NCBI RefSeq assembly: GCF_000497125.1
Contig: NC_090602.1
Span: forward strand, 496,001-560,000
Length of the DNA: 64,000 nt
Origin: Spironucleus salmonicida
Lineage: Eukaryota
Reading direction: 5' to 3'
The position numbers and the translations under genes were made by a program. Positions 12,901 through 27,121 of this stretch are shown here, one piece after another. The notes under the pieces were generated by a model. The model ran no database searches. It saw only the letters and a program-made list of their open reading frames with translations, and was not told the origin of the DNA. Each line of letters starts with the position of its first letter. Positions within the stretch are counted from its first letter, which is position 1.

Positions 12901-15900
12901 TCAACCTTCAATACTAATACAATGCTTCACGACAATGTTTTAGTGAACTTTCTAACTACAAAACGCAAAAAGACAAATTTCTTGGTGAACCTAAAAATTT
13001 CACAAAAACGTGTTATGAACTGCAAATTTTCACCAGGGTAAATCTCCGCTTTTATCAGATACTATTTCTACCAAATTTCAATACATCATTTTATTTACCA
13101 CATAAATTCTGATCATCTAAACAATGTAATTGCTTCATCTACCAAAACTCGAGATTTCTAACAACTGACCCAAGCGCTCTCTCCAGGGTTTTCGCCAAGC
13201 GTATTCTGCCTCAATAATGGTTTGCAGCCAATAGACAGATTAGTTCCAATTTTCGATCCAATTCCACAAAATTCCTCGAAAATTGAGAGGAAGTTCGTTT
13301 AAAATACGATAATTTCACCAGCTAAATCACAGCAACACACACCAAAAATCTCGCACTCTTAGAAGTAGCAATCAGCGATTTAGCAGGTACAGATCACGCA
13401 GCAGCTGCATCAGCAAATTCCGTAAATTACACCTCCGGCGGCGCAGATCAAAATCCCGCAATTTAACACTTTGCCGATTCCGCTTCAAATTCCTATTCCG
13501 TCAATCGCAATTCAGCCTCAATTCCCTCAAATTCCTTAGATTAAGACAGAATAGGCTCACTAAGTCAAGATCATGCAGTAGATTTAACCAGCGTAGGCAC
13601 TTAATACAGGACAATTTTTTGACAATTCGCTTTAATAGGCACAGAAACGCGCTCCGATTTAGCATATTCACAGAATAATCGCTCATTACTCGTGCCGGTC
13701 TTACTACTACCGTTAAAATTTACTGTATGTGCCAAATATTCGTGTTTTAGCTTCTAAAGATGCATTATCGTAACAGCTTGGTCTGATAGTCACGGACGTC
13801 GATAACAAAAATCCGAATTCCGACCCAGATTTTGATGTTCTTATCTAGATTCTAACAAACGATTTCTAGCTTCAAAACGTTCAGAAATTCTCAAATGTGC
13901 ACAAATTTTGCACAGTTTTCAACGATGAGGCCAAAAATCGGCTTGAAACTGTTTCGCTAAAGCCCCAGTTGCCGCTCAAGTTTTATGATCAGGAGAAGTA
14001 CTTATTGCTGACCTAATGGCTTCTGAAGCGTACATTACAGGCCGAATGCGATTTGAACCGCGGAAACGTCATAGCATTCAGTGAGGACCCAGTTTTCGGA
14101 ACTGAACTCCATGATTTCGACGCAAAACCTCAGGAAAGCAGTAAATTGCGTTTTGCAAAATATGCTGATGTAATTTACAATATGGACTAAGAATAGGCCC
14201 AAATAGCTTATAACGAATGTTTTTAAATTTGCGAGAAATACGACAAGGAGTACCGTGATCGCTAGATGATGTTTTTGGTTAAAATCGGTATTGGTACGGG
14301 TTCAACTCCCTTAGAGACGTTTTATAGGTTTATTTAAAAAGATGACCCGTAGAAAGTCAGCACAATCCTTACAAATCTAGTCAGGCTGCTGACGATTTGT
14401 GCAGCAAAAGAGATGGAATTTCCTTATAAAGTAGCTGGCGTAAGCGCAAATTTAGAATAAGTTCAGTAGTCGATTTACAGGCTTGAACATATGCGATTTC
14501 TGCATATAAAACTTCAATAATTTGACTTTCTACAGTGGCTCCACCGCCTGCAGAAATTCAAATAAAATGAAATGTCTGAAAAGGAAAGAGAGTTTATATC
14601 TTCAATAGTATAAAAATCACTATGTTGCGATATTAGAAATGTTTATTCTGCGAATTATAAATAGGATTTAAGTGAAATGGAGTCTCGCATGATTGACTGG
14701 ATAGGTGCGGTAGCAGCTGAAATAGACAACTTTAATTAGGTGCTTTGGACGGTTGACTTGAAATTTAATTAGTTTTTGCCAGGAAAAGACCCGATTTACA
14801 ACACTTTAAGGCATTTCAAGCTTGAAATGTTCGCTATTAATGACTTTGATCAAAGTTTAGTGAAGAAGGCGTGGGAGATCACTTTGCAGTTCAAGTTATT
14901 GTTTTTGCAGCTTTTTGGGGACAATAAATAGCTACTTTTAGAACTTTTAGAAGCCAAAAAGATTAGTCAAAACGATATTAGGTTAATTGATTCCATTTTC
15001 TTATAGATTCAGAGTATGTGGAGCAGATTACACGATTTTATTTTAATGCATATAATTACCGATATGGGTTATACTGAAGCTATGATGCAGTCGATAGTCG
15101 GAAAAGATACCAGGTAGAAATCTAAGCACGTCGAATTTTTACGCTAGGGCTTTTTTGTAGACGAAGAGTCATTCTCGCTTAACGATAACGAACTCTATAA
15201 GATTTTTATAAATACAAGATCTTAAATCGATTCAACTGGAAATGCTTCTTTTATGATGGATTATTAAAATCTTTTCTACTATTTGAAATAAAACTAAAGA
15301 CTCACGTAGCCAAATAAAAATTAATTGCTACACTCTATTTAATAGCTTCGTAAAATCAATGTTGAAGAACTGTTTACTAAGAATTCCATAAGCAAGGAGC
15401 TGCTTACTAGGCGAGTTGAGCGTATAGCTCATGCACTAAGGTGCGAAAGAATTTTAACATGTGATCCATTATAAAAGTATTTGAATGATAAGGCGGTAAC
15501 ATTAGTTCCCCCATAGTCAATTATTCCATAAATTCTAGGTGTGGCTGATATTTAGTTTTTAGTTCCACCATAGACGTTGCCTTCTAATTTCAGTACACCT
15601 GCATCTAATGCTAGTAGTTTTAATATAAAAATTCCACAAGGAAGTATACCACAAGTTGCAATTCCATAAATAGCTCTCCCTCCACCACCTAAGAACATGC
15701 TACCTAAAACACCAGTTATGTCATAAGTTTCACCAACCATGAAAATCCCTCCTAAAACAGCATTTAGTAAAGTTTTATCAGCATAGCAGTAACCGCCATA
15801 GTAACAATAATAGCAGTAGTAACAAATAACAAAACCGGCTAAAAAAATTGCTAATATTAATCATGGCTAAACTCCTTAGCCAATTGAAATGCCTAAATCT

Positions 15901-16530
15901 GCTATTAGGTTCGTTACCAATACGAAACTCTCATTTTTCATGGAGAATAATGACGAAGTACGAGAATTTGTTACTGATATCGTAAATGAGTGTGGAGCAT
16001 AGCAATAATTAGCTGAATCATCGGATATGGATAGTTTTTTGTTCTTTTTATCATCTTGTCAAAAATAAAACGCAGAAGACTGGGGCAGATTATACTCGTT
16101 CTTAATAAAGGACGAACCTTAACCACTTAATGTTAGTAATCTTCATATTAAGGAGACATATAATATTCTTTCTACATTTGCTCTTTAGAAATTTGGCAGT
16201 TAAAATGCTTAGGATGTTATGTAAAAAATGTAATAATATATCTACATTGACTGTAGAAGTGATGATTAAGTTCATTTCGATGATGTAGCTTAAAAGTTTG
16301 TAGAAGCTCAATTAAATATTGCCTATTTTCACGCCTTTGGTATGAGATAGGCAATTGTTGAAAGGTAACCAGATTGGTAAAAATATAAGGTTCTCATACA
16401 TGGTGCATTCTAAGCGATGCAAATTATGAACTAGATTCCTCTTAATTCATTAGTTTAAAAAGATAATAATACAAATAAGCGAAAAATGGCGCTGTCTACA
16501 TATTTCTTTTTGAGCTAAAACCCAGAGTGA
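9985..16530 (+). CDS. Large (2181 aa) divergent CHD-like protein, paralog B: chromodomain-like N-terminus, degenerate helicase region, CxxC pair, Gln/Pro-rich linkers, SANT/SLIDE(CHDCT2)-like region
   Basis: Frame-1 ORF under table 6 (spot-checked) from an ATG after a C-rich leader to GAG-TGA. Clear homology to 3-5890. CSNC...CDVC near 12085-12145. Confidence 0.8.
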
Positions 16531-17189
16531 TATAAAATTTATAAGTCATGATTCTGTTAAAAAGATGAATTAAAAATAAATTACTAGTATTTAAACCTTA
16601 ATAATGATATTGTTTTATATTTGATACCTTTTGATAGATTCAATGCGTGATGGTTATTATGATTACACAAAATAGCTTGTAATAAACATTTTGTAGAAGC
16701 TCATTGCATTGAAACAAATAATTATACAAAAATAAATATGTCCTACTTATGATTCTATAAAATTTAATAGTACAAAATTATGCCATCATAATTACCGAAC
16801 AGTATTAATTATATAATTTTCAACCTAATTACTTATGGATAGTCTTAATTTTATTATTAAAATAAATATTAATTATTTTAAATAAATCAGCATTATATAA
16901 CTATAGAGTAAATTTTGTTTTATCTGAATTTTTAATTTAATTTATTTTATCATTTGTAAATATTATATATATTGATAAATATAGTATATTTTGATTATAT
17001 TAGTAAATTTATAATTTGCTAAATTTATCTTTTCTTTATAATTTATCAATATAGAGTAAATCTGTAGAAAATTTAATAACAATAGTAATTTATAAACTAA
17101 TTCACGGCTTCAGATAAAATATATACTTATCTTATGTATCTATTAATTTAACACTTTAAAAAGTTATCCAATGAGGCAAAAAATATTTA

Positions 17190-17477
17190 TCATATATCAT
17201 CAGAAATATCATCTAATGGATCATGTATTTATAGATTTCCTCCAGTTAGGAATGGATTTCCATCAACTAACATTGTAGGCTCAACTAAATTGAAATCAGT
17301 CTTATGCAATAAAATTGGTTTATTCCCAGCTTAAAGGGAAAGCTCATTTTATTATAACTGACCTTAAATTTACATAATTTCATCAATAAGATATCCATAT
17401 TATGGAAATTCTTAAGTAAGAACTGCAATTTCAGCTAAATCTGATATAAATTTCTTAGTATAAATCGAAAACTGCAT
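17190..17477 (-). CDS. Hypothetical protein, 95 aa
   Basis: Table 6 ORF MQFSIYTKKFISDLAEIAVLTQEF...; no recognisable motif. Confidence 0.35.
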
Positions 17478-17683
17478 TTTTAAAGTGAAAAATTGAATTT
17501 ATATCTATTATAAAAATTTATAATATTTAAAGGCAAATAAATTTAATATTTGCAATTTGATAATAATCCTAAATAAAATAGCAATAGCATAAGTTTTTAA
17601 TTTGTGATTGTTATTTAACATAACTATTTATAAACATGTAATTATTTTAATCTACTTAATCAGATTTGTTACCACTTCCCAAA

Positions 17684-18595
17684 ATGAAAGTGACTGTAAT
17701 TGGTTCATATTTCCGTGATTTGGTATTTTATACCCCTGAATTCCCCAATCCAGGTTAGACTGTGCATTCCAATTTTGCTACTGGTCATGGCGGCAAAGGT
17801 TCTAACCAAGCTCTCTGTGCTGCTAAGCTTGGTGCTAATGTTTAGTTTATCTCCTCCGTTGGTAATGATGGATATGGTGATGAAATCAGAGCTGAATATA
17901 ATAAAAGAGGTGTTAAGACTCACTTCAATATTTCGGATAAGCCTACTGGATGTGCTGGTATTTTTGTATCAGGTGCTGGCCAGAATATGATTTGTATAGA
18001 AGAAGGTGCTGTAAAGGACTTAACTATCGATAATATCAAGGCATACTTACACTCTGACTGTACTGATACATAATTATTTGTTTTCTAATGCGAATTGCCT
18101 TATGAGAATATCAAGGCCATCATGAAATATATTAAGGCCGAATTCAAAAATTCAAAAATTCTTCTTAACCCAGCTCCTTACAGAAAGGACTATATATATG
18201 AAGATTTAGGACCTTTAATTGATATTTTAGTTCCTAATGAGACTGAACTGTAAGGCTTTATCCCAAGCTTTACTGTTGAATAGCTCAAAACTAACTCAGT
18301 AGATTTCTAAAAATTAGGTGTTTCTACTGTTTTAGTTACCCTCGGCGAACATGGATGTGCTGTATGTGAGAATGGTAATATTTCTACTGTCCCAGCATAA
18401 AAAGTTACTCCAGTTGATACAACAGGTGCTGGAGACTGCTGGATTGGTGCATTCTGTGCTGTGTATACTGGCGCCAATATATCAGAGGCTACTAAATTCG
18501 CGTGTGATGCTGCTTCTATGTCTGTATAAAGAAAAGGTGCTTCTGCCAGCTGTCCATCAATTGCTGAGGTTAAGGCTTTTAAGATTCTTGAGTGA
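17684..18595 (+). CDS. rbsK: Ribokinase (PfkB family), 303 aa
   Basis: MKVTVIGS..DLV, GGKGSNQA..AAKLG, NPAP, VPNETE, VTLGEHG, DTTGAGDCWIG PfkB signature; ends GAG-TGA. Confidence 0.95.
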
Positions 18596-18811
18596 AAGAA
18601 GTTGGCATAATCGTAGAAATGTTTTTCTTAACGATTTCATATATATTTCATGTTCTTCTAGCTGTTACTATAGAGTGAGAATTTAATTGTTTTGTGTCTA
18701 TAAAAATAATATATTGAAGGTTATTTCATCAACTAGAGATTCTAAACATCTCTGTTCAAACCCTAATGAAATTACTTCTTGCATCTCTATGGGAAACTTT
18801 TTAGATTTCAT
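18557..18811 (-). CDS. Hypothetical coiled-coil protein, 84 aa, overlapping the ribokinase 3' end
   Basis: ORF MKSKKFPIEMQEVISLGFEQRCLESLVDE...LQQQLEEHE; 39-bp convergent overlap. Confidence 0.3.
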
Positions 18812-18913
18812 TTTGAAGGAAGAACATATCTTTAGTTTATATTATAGAAAGGCTTTAAATAATTTTACAGTATACTTCTAGTTTATATTATGATACTATA
18901 AATATTTATAAAA

Positions 18914-19303
18914 ATGAAACATCGAGATGACTTGCTGAACTAAATCCTATAAGCGAAATAAGTGCTTTATGCTGTGCAAAAATTAAATAATAGACCCAGG
19001 TTTTAATAATCTACCTAAACAACTGTTTTGAATAGTAATAAATCATAATAGTCCGTTATTTTCATGTAAGATACTAGCTGCATTTAAACATAAACATCCT
19101 GTTACAATATCAACCAAGCAATCTAAATATAATAAGTAGACGAAGATTTTAATATCAAATTACCAACAAAATTGCCAAGATTACATTAAAATATTTTATA
19201 ACAAAATGTTTAACGAGTTGATTTTTCTTGTAGATCTTAGAGCTAAGTTAAAAGATAAATTCGTCCTAATTATAGCAGTTGGTAGAATGTCCGTAGATAA
19301 TGA
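18914..19303 (+). CDS. Hypothetical Gln-rich protein, 129 aa
   Basis: ORF MKHRDDLLNQILQAKQVLYAVQKL... with many in-frame TAA/TAG Gln codons. Confidence 0.5.
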
Positions 19304-19603
19304 CCATTTTTAGTGCGTATTTTCATTTTCCATTTCTATAATTTTAATTTTATAAATTATTATTAGATCAATTTTTAATCTTATTCGGTGAATATTATGA
19401 ACTTATGGATGAAAACTATAATACTTTTTCGATATTTAATGTTTTCTATATATATTTCTTTAGATTACTAATATGTATTTTAAACTTTACTATAAAATTA
19501 TATTACGAAATATTAATTAATCTATAATTTGAAAATATTATTCCTTTTATTTGTGTTAGCAACTACTTTATTATATTACAGTATTAATTTTAATTTTCCA
19601 AAA

Positions 19604-19852
19604 ATGTTCGCGAGAAGCAATTTCAGGTAATAGCAAAATCTGCTAGGGAAGCGAACAAAGATTGGTTTTATTACAATGTAAAGTATCCTAGATGATCAGT
19701 TACATAACTTATTCTCTCTGCCGAAGCAGCGACTCTTCACTCCACAGAAAATAAAATAACAGAGCTCATTCTTGCGCCCCAGCACTGGAAGCTATGTCAG
19801 CAAACTACGTAACTCTTTACTATCTGAAACACTCCCAGACACTGATTTCTGA
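19604..19852 (+). CDS. Hypothetical protein, 82 aa
   Basis: AAAATG context; GC raised relative to flanks; open to TGA. Confidence 0.45.
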
Positions 19853-19913
19853 AATATTATATTTATTAATTATTATATATTTATAACATTACTATTTTTC
19901 CTTCCATATTATA

Positions 19914-21746
19914 ATGGCGGAATCCAATGGAAAGTTCCACATTCTTATCGCTGAAGGTGATACATGTTTCCGTAACTAATTATATCAAAAAGCAGTCAAC
20001 GCGTATACCGAGGCAATCGATATCTAGCCTGATCGTGAAGTTTTGCTTCAGCGTTCTAGGTGCTATGTGCAGCTTGGTTTGTCAGATTTGGCAATCTAAG
20101 ATGCCAGCACAGCAATTTCGTCAGATAATTCGTTCTACAGAGGCTTCTACCAAAAGGGAGAAGCCTTCTACTCAGCAGGTCAGTTCGAACAGGCGCTTGT
20201 ATTCTACTATAGAGCCTATCGCCGCAGACCCGACATTCAGGATTTCAGGCTTGGTGTTCAGAAGGCCGAAGAATCTATTCTGAGAGCTCTGGATGCGTGC
20301 GTAGGCGACGAGTAGCTTATTCAATTTGTTGGAAAGACTAATATTACAACACGTTAGGTAGCCGAAAATTTGGCTAACGATAACTGGCCTGAAAATTTTG
20401 CTCCTCAGGATGCCCATAGATGCCTTTGCGGGTGTTAATGGTGTAATTGTGAGCGCTGTACTGACCTTTATCAGACGTGTGAAAAAGGTCAAATGTGTAC
20501 CTGCTTATGCGAGGCCTGTATTAGACACAATGCTCAGACTTAAGGCGTTTTGCCTAATCCTATTACTGGCGAACCAGAAAAAATAGGCGCTATTTTGGGT
20601 GATGTGAGCGTCACGAATACTGCCACACCAGCTACTGCTTATTTAGAGAAAAATATCACTGCTATGAATGCTGGATTTTCTTCTACTTCGATGACTAAGC
20701 AGGATGATGCTGAATAACCCAAGAAAAAAGGTTATAAGAAAGGTCTTGATAAGGATAAAGAATTCTTAATGGAATTAGCATGTGATGATAAATTGAAAAG
20801 ATGCTAATAGGTCCCCGATATTTTGAAAGAGGGTATCGACTTCATTGATAAGAGAAGTGAATTTTGGAGAAGTTAGGGTAATAACGCTAGCAAGAAAAAT
20901 TCTGCCCAAAGACTCAAATCACCACCAAACAAGTTATCTAACTCCAATATTAAAACTACACGTGTTGTTGATTTCAGCTTGATTATTTAAAATTTACAGG
21001 AGGCTTAACTTTATATTTAAGACAAAAATTACTCATCTGCTGAAGAAACAATCGGAAAACTAGACGTTTAATTATAGAATCTCACTGTTCAATTTAACGA
21101 TGATGCCCTTCTTAAAGAAAAGGCCAAAATTTTATCTGATGTCGAAACTATGGCAGGGTGTATGTATTTCGACTAAAATAAACTGGACTAATCAATTTCT
21201 CGTTTCTAACGTGCCAAAAATGCATCCTTAGATGCTGGTGAATCCAATTTAATTCGTGGAACCAGAAATTTATTCAAGTCTTTAGTTGCTGCTTAATAGT
21301 TCGATGAAGCTGTTGATATCTATTTATAGTTGTCATCATATTTCCCTAAGATGCCCAGATATTTAGTAAGCTAGGACAGCTATGATGTCATTAAACAAAA
21401 CAAATTGACTGGAGAAACTCTTTTAGAGGCTGCATTCTAAGCTCTTGATGGTGTGACTCACTCAGGTTTTGAGTTCGAAAAAGGGATTAAAATTGTTGAA
21501 AATTAAAAGGGAGTTTAAGAATTTGAGAACAAAGCTCCAAGCTGGTTTGGTGAAGAAAAATATGTACCAGTTAATGATATTGCTTTCGAATGCTTGAGAG
21601 TTATTGCCAAGGAGTATGACAGCTAATTCCAGAAGCCAAGAGCAGAAATAGCTTGGAAGGAGTTGATAAGAATCGGAAAAGAATGTGAAAAGGAAGAAAT
21701 TGTTAAAATTGGAGAGGAAGGTCTTAAAGCGAGTCAGGAGGAGTGA
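19914..21746 (+). CDS. TTC25: TPR protein, outer dynein arm docking subunit TTC25/ODAD4-like, 610 aa
   Basis: AEGD..F, QRSRCYVQLG, QKGEAFYSAGQFEQALVFYYRAYRRRPDIQDFRLGVQKAEESI and DKDKEFL...GIDFIDKRSEFWR match TTC25 hallmarks; ends GAG-TGA. Confidence 0.85.
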
Positions 21747-21821
21747 TGCTTTAAGTTGGTTTTCGTGAGAAAAGTTGATCACTTGTTTAATTTAGGCTGC
21801 AAACTAAGAAATATAAAGGCT

Positions 21822-23375
21822 TCAGTTCAGTTGTCTTACTTAGAAATAGACAAAAATAAGGATGAATATTACAGTCGCTATACAAACTGACGAGAAAATG
21901 GTCCACACCATGAAATTGATGTCCAAATTGCACATATACCAGTTAATAAATTCAGTTGGGTTCGATAATGCAATATAAACACCTTACCCGTCTCTGACTA
22001 TTTTGGAATATCTACTAAAGCGCTTTGAAAGTGGAAGAGTTGAATTTTAACCCATTATTCGTGTTGTAAGTTAATTACTACACTTTTTAATAATTTTAGT
22101 GCTTGGGGTAAATTCTAGACTATAAGCAAAATATGTCGTTCTAGACTCAAAACCGTCTAACTAAGCTGTAAATGTTAAATTAAATAGTTAAACACCACCG
22201 CTTAGACATTTTTCAGTATCATAGTAATTAATTGCCGCACAACCTCCTTCTTTCTAGCTAATAGTAACTTCAACATAATCTATACAGCTAACAAATACAG
22301 GACCTTCAAAGCTACTTTCTAGCAATATATTATTATTAATATCATATGCTGTCAAATATAGTACAAAAACTGCCTCCTTGACTTTGTGGAATGACATTAG
22401 TGGCTTGTCAAAATCAAACTAAATACCACTACGCGCCTAAAATGCTGGTAACTTATATGCAATACTTCCTCCATATATTATTCCAACATTTGTTTTAGCA
22501 AATGATTAAGCCAAAAAGTATACTGCATCTGGAGAGCAGTCAGAATTAGTTATAAAATCTTTATTATCAAGTCCCATGTCAAGATATCGTGTTGTTAAAA
22601 ATCCAGATGGGTTTAAAGTTGAAATACATTTGGTGTTACTACTTGATAATTGATCAATATTTGCTATTATTTAGTAATCTGCAGTTGTAAACTAAAATCT
22701 TACCTATAATGATCGATTCATTTAAAATTGATTGAAAAACTAATTGAGGATCTACTTTTAATCATTATCTGAGATACTTGCTAAAGCTTGTTTATAAAAT
22801 AAAATTTTAGTATAATCATAAGATTTTGTACTATCATAAAAATCAGCTCCGTCGGAAGATCCTTTAATATCTAAGCTTTTCCAATCATTATTAACTTAAT
22901 ATTAAAAAACTACTACGGGTGTTTCGATTTTACATAAGAGTGGTGTTCCACTCATTTCAATAAATTCTTATCCTTTCACACGACTGTAAACCACTTATAG
23001 ATCAGACCAGCAATTAGAAACATTAAGTTTGACTAAGTTAACAGATTAAATTGGTCCTGTAACTATAAGAGACCCTGAGAGTTTAACTTCATACGAAATT
23101 ACAGAAGTATCAAAAATTGAATTAAAAGTTGCCCTATCAGATGAAAGATCAAAGCTAATAATAGTTTCTTCTTCATTTTTATATATAAAACTTTAAGAGA
23201 CTGACTTTGTTTCAAAATGAATAATGGCCTCTGAAGATTCACCCTATGATGCTATACAAAGTGGATGAGATAAAACTAAAGGATTAAGTATAAGGTATAA
23301 TACTCCCTATTACTATTAGCCAATTACTTAACCTGTTTGCTTAAAACATGTCAGATTAGATAAAACTGCTAGCAT
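21822..23375 (-). CDS. Single-pass (type I-like) membrane protein, 517 aa; paralog of 56554-58107
   Basis: Short hydrophobic N-terminus MLAVLSNLTCF, internal LNPSGFLTTRYLDMGLDNKDF, C-terminal TM segment after FINWYMCNL. Confidence 0.8.
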
Positions 23376-25693
23376 TTTAAAAATATATTTGTTAACCAAA
23401 TTAGATATATTTGGGTAGGTTACTGTTTTTTAATTGAGTTACAAGATTAGGTTAATAATATTAATAAATATATAAGTTCTATAATTGATAATCAAATTTA
23501 TACTAACAAATCAAATATGTAAATGTAAATAAGTAACTAAAGAAGGAAGTATTCTTTTTTGTATAATTTTGTGTAGGATTTTATAAGTTACTATAAAGAC
23601 ATTATCATAATGAGATGGACATCATAATTCTTTTCATATTTATGAAGGTATTACTCAGTTATTCGAATACTTAAAAGGACTATAATACTATATATTTTAA
23701 CAGCATCTGAATAAACCACAAAAAGTAAAAACTAATTATTAGTATTTTATATTATTTTATATTTTAATTATATAGTAGTATTTAATTATTTAACACTCCA
23801 CCATTTCAATTAATGTAGGTTACGGTTACCCCTGATAAATTTATCCCAATATCTTAGACAGAGTAGATTTGTTACGATGATCTAGAGTGTCACTCATCAT
23901 AACAAGAAGAATAGTGTTCTGATAAGATTATGTCTGTAAATAAGACTAAATAGTGATTTTTAACATCCAACATGATATTTTCACTTTACAAGTAGATTCA
24001 ATATACTACCGCATACTACAACTAATCTTAACGCATTTTCAGACATGATGTTTATCCTTATATTATTAATCAACAAACAAGTGTGCTAGTCCATATTCTT
24101 AATTCATTACTTCTATATCTAAAATTATATTCGAAACACTCAACTCTCATAAAAAATGACTAAAACTCGACTACTTATTACTCGATCTTAACTTAAATGA
24201 ATCTTATTAAACCTGAAAAATATGCATCAATTCCTAGTGCACAATTTAGTGGACAATAAATTATTTTCTTATAAAGGAGAGATGGGGAATTTAAATATTA
24301 GATAAAATTACATAAATAGCGTTGCAGACTGTATTTCTTAGAACTTGGTAGGGTAATAATAAAATTATTAGTTATTTAATAGGAAAAGGTTTTAAAATTA
24401 ATATGCATTAGAGTTGGAGCTTAAAGATACAATAAAGTAATTTTATTTTTATTGAAAGTAAGAAATCCGTATATTTTTATATGCAATGTTATTATCAATA
24501 AAGTATATGTCTAATTTTGATGAAATATACTAAGGGTCACGAATATTTGTCAAAAATTCATAAAATCGTAAGCATCAGGAATTAGTGAATCATTTTTTAT
24601 TTATAATAAATTATTATTATTTAGTAATTGATAAATAATAAAAAATGGTCAGTATTTACTAAGTGCTTTAATATTATGAATCTTTTATGTATTTGTTTGT
24701 TATCCTGATGGTAGCTATTAAACACCGGTTAATCTCTAGGAATCAAGTAAATAATTCCCCACAATTATATATTTTATATGCTGGGTATACAATATCTGGA
24801 ATTCGCATGATGACAGAGTTAGTTTACCTATTAACACAGACTAAACTCTAATATTATCCATATTTCCATTCAATTTAAATTCCATTCTACGATTATTGCA
24901 CAATGTTAACTTTTGATCTCCTTAATGATTACAAGATGAGCCAATATTGCAAAGTACACTGGCCAAAAGTTGTAAGTACTGGTATAGAATTAGCAGCACT
25001 AGCTGCATTTTCTTTAGGTTGTGCATGTTTTTTATCTCTTTATAATCATATGTACATCTTATCAAGTTTAAATGCACTCTCTACGTTTTCATTCTTTAAT
25101 AATATCTATATAGTCATATTCTAGATTTATAAATTCATTTAAGTATCAGTGTAACAGAAGAACGATAAGGACCTTTATAAGGTATTTTATAATCATTAGC
25201 TAAGTCCATAAATCAAAGAATATGCATAAACTTAAATCGTTGATTAAACCAATCTATACTTCAAACTTTCTTAAAGTATGATTTTAGGAATTTGTATTCA
25301 TATAGCGTTTTAAATCGGTACATTACTATTTATTTACAGTTATGGATTTATTGGGAGTTAATTTTATATTATCCATAGCTTTGGCAGAGGTATTCAAACA
25401 CTGGCATGGATTTTTGAAATTTGGGTCTAGTGAGGACTATACTATTTTTATCTTGTTTTATTTAGAAGTTGACGATAAACAAATTATAAGTCATTCTGAG
25501 TATCACATTAACCAATTTAATTAATAAATGTCTGGTATGATATTTAACTAGCGTATTATCTATAAAAAATATTTTCTTTTCTTATTCAACACTTAATTAT
25601 TTTATATTCTAATTATATAATACCCCAAATAGTTAAAATTATATATTATAAAATAATATTATATATAAACATATTTATTTTTCTCTTCTATTA

Positions 25694-26725
25694 ATGCCTA
25701 CAGCATATGAAATTTTGGATGTACCAGAAAATTGTACAGACGATCGTTTGATTAAGTCAAGTTATCATCAATTAGCATAAAAATATCATCCAGATCGTGC
25801 CAAAGATGAGGATAAGGATGTTGCATAAGAGATGATGTAGAAAATTAATGATGCATATGCAGCAGTAAAAAACGAAGAAGCTCGCAAAGCATATGCTATG
25901 GCATAAACTGCAAAGTTTGACTTCACTGGTGGAGATTATGCAATTTATGTGTCAAAGTCGTAGTTTGTTCTAGAAAAAGACTTCAAAACAATGCTTAAAA
26001 AATGGATTAAAACACTAAGCCTGCGCCCTATGGGAATGTCTTTTATTAAGAAGTCATAGTAATCATTTTGTGGTAAATTAAAATTTGTAGTTTTAAAGCA
26101 ACAAATTGAAATTAAATGTATTTTGGATGTTAAAAGAAAATCTGAGTAACATCCCACTTCAGAGACTCTATCTTCGTATATTCCATTAGAGATGGCAGTA
26201 ACTATCAAGATTAATAGTTTAAATGATTTAAAAGAAGCCTTTATCGATGCTCCTGAAAAACTTTTGAAAGATATTTAGCCTTACATCAACAATTTCAGCT
26301 GCCAAATAGGCACAGAACATTTGACCAAAACTAATGAAGTTTAGTAACTCAATCAAGAGGATGTAGAAATCACAGAGCAAATGTTATCATCTATGTAAAT
26401 GAAACTCATGAAAGAAATGTTCAAAGTTTAGTTTAAAATGTAAAGTGAATTTCTACAGAAAAATAATGACGTTGAAAGTTTCTAAATAGTCGATATGGGT
26501 ATGGATATGGTAAATGCTGATGAATAGGTTTAAGTTATTGAATGCGAATGTTAACTGTTTGAATATGAGTTTAAAGGAAAACAGCACGTTTTATGTGCCA
26601 ATATGGTAAGTGGTGATATGGTTGGTAGTTATGATAAAAGTGGGATCAAATAGAAAATAGTAAATAAAATTACAAATAAATTAGAGTAAATTATGGAAAA
26701 ATAAATGGAAAGAAGCGTGATGTGA
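25694..26725 (+). CDS. DnaJ (J-domain) protein, 343 aa
   Basis: N-terminal AYEILDV...IKSSYHQLAQKYHPDR...MQKINDAYAAV with the HPD motif. Confidence 0.9.
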
Positions 26726-27121
26726 AACTTTGGCACAGTGTTCTATTTTAATATTGATTTATAATAACTAAAATTACATGGAATATAAAATTTTACTAAA
26801 TATTAAAAGTGATTAAATTGGCAGATATCACTGAGCATACAGATTTTAATTAGTAATTTAATAATAAAACAATATTATTATTTTTTAGTTTTTTACACGA
26901 TAACTATTACTGGGATATAATAAATAATAGATAAAACCATCAGCCATAAGTTAGGAATTATAAATAAAAATAAAGATAGTAATGTATTACAGTAAATACT
27001 GTATTAAAGAAAAATAATGTCGACTCTTATTTGTAATAATATTACATAATTGTACTTAGCCAAAATATATCCTATATTATATTCAAAAATATGCAACTTT
27101 AAAAACAACTTTGTTTCAAAA

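Noticed and set aside
23813-25550. Possible ORFs (23813-24520 + with one internal TGA; fragments on the minus strand)
   Set aside because: No motif, and with one stop codon long frames arise by chance.
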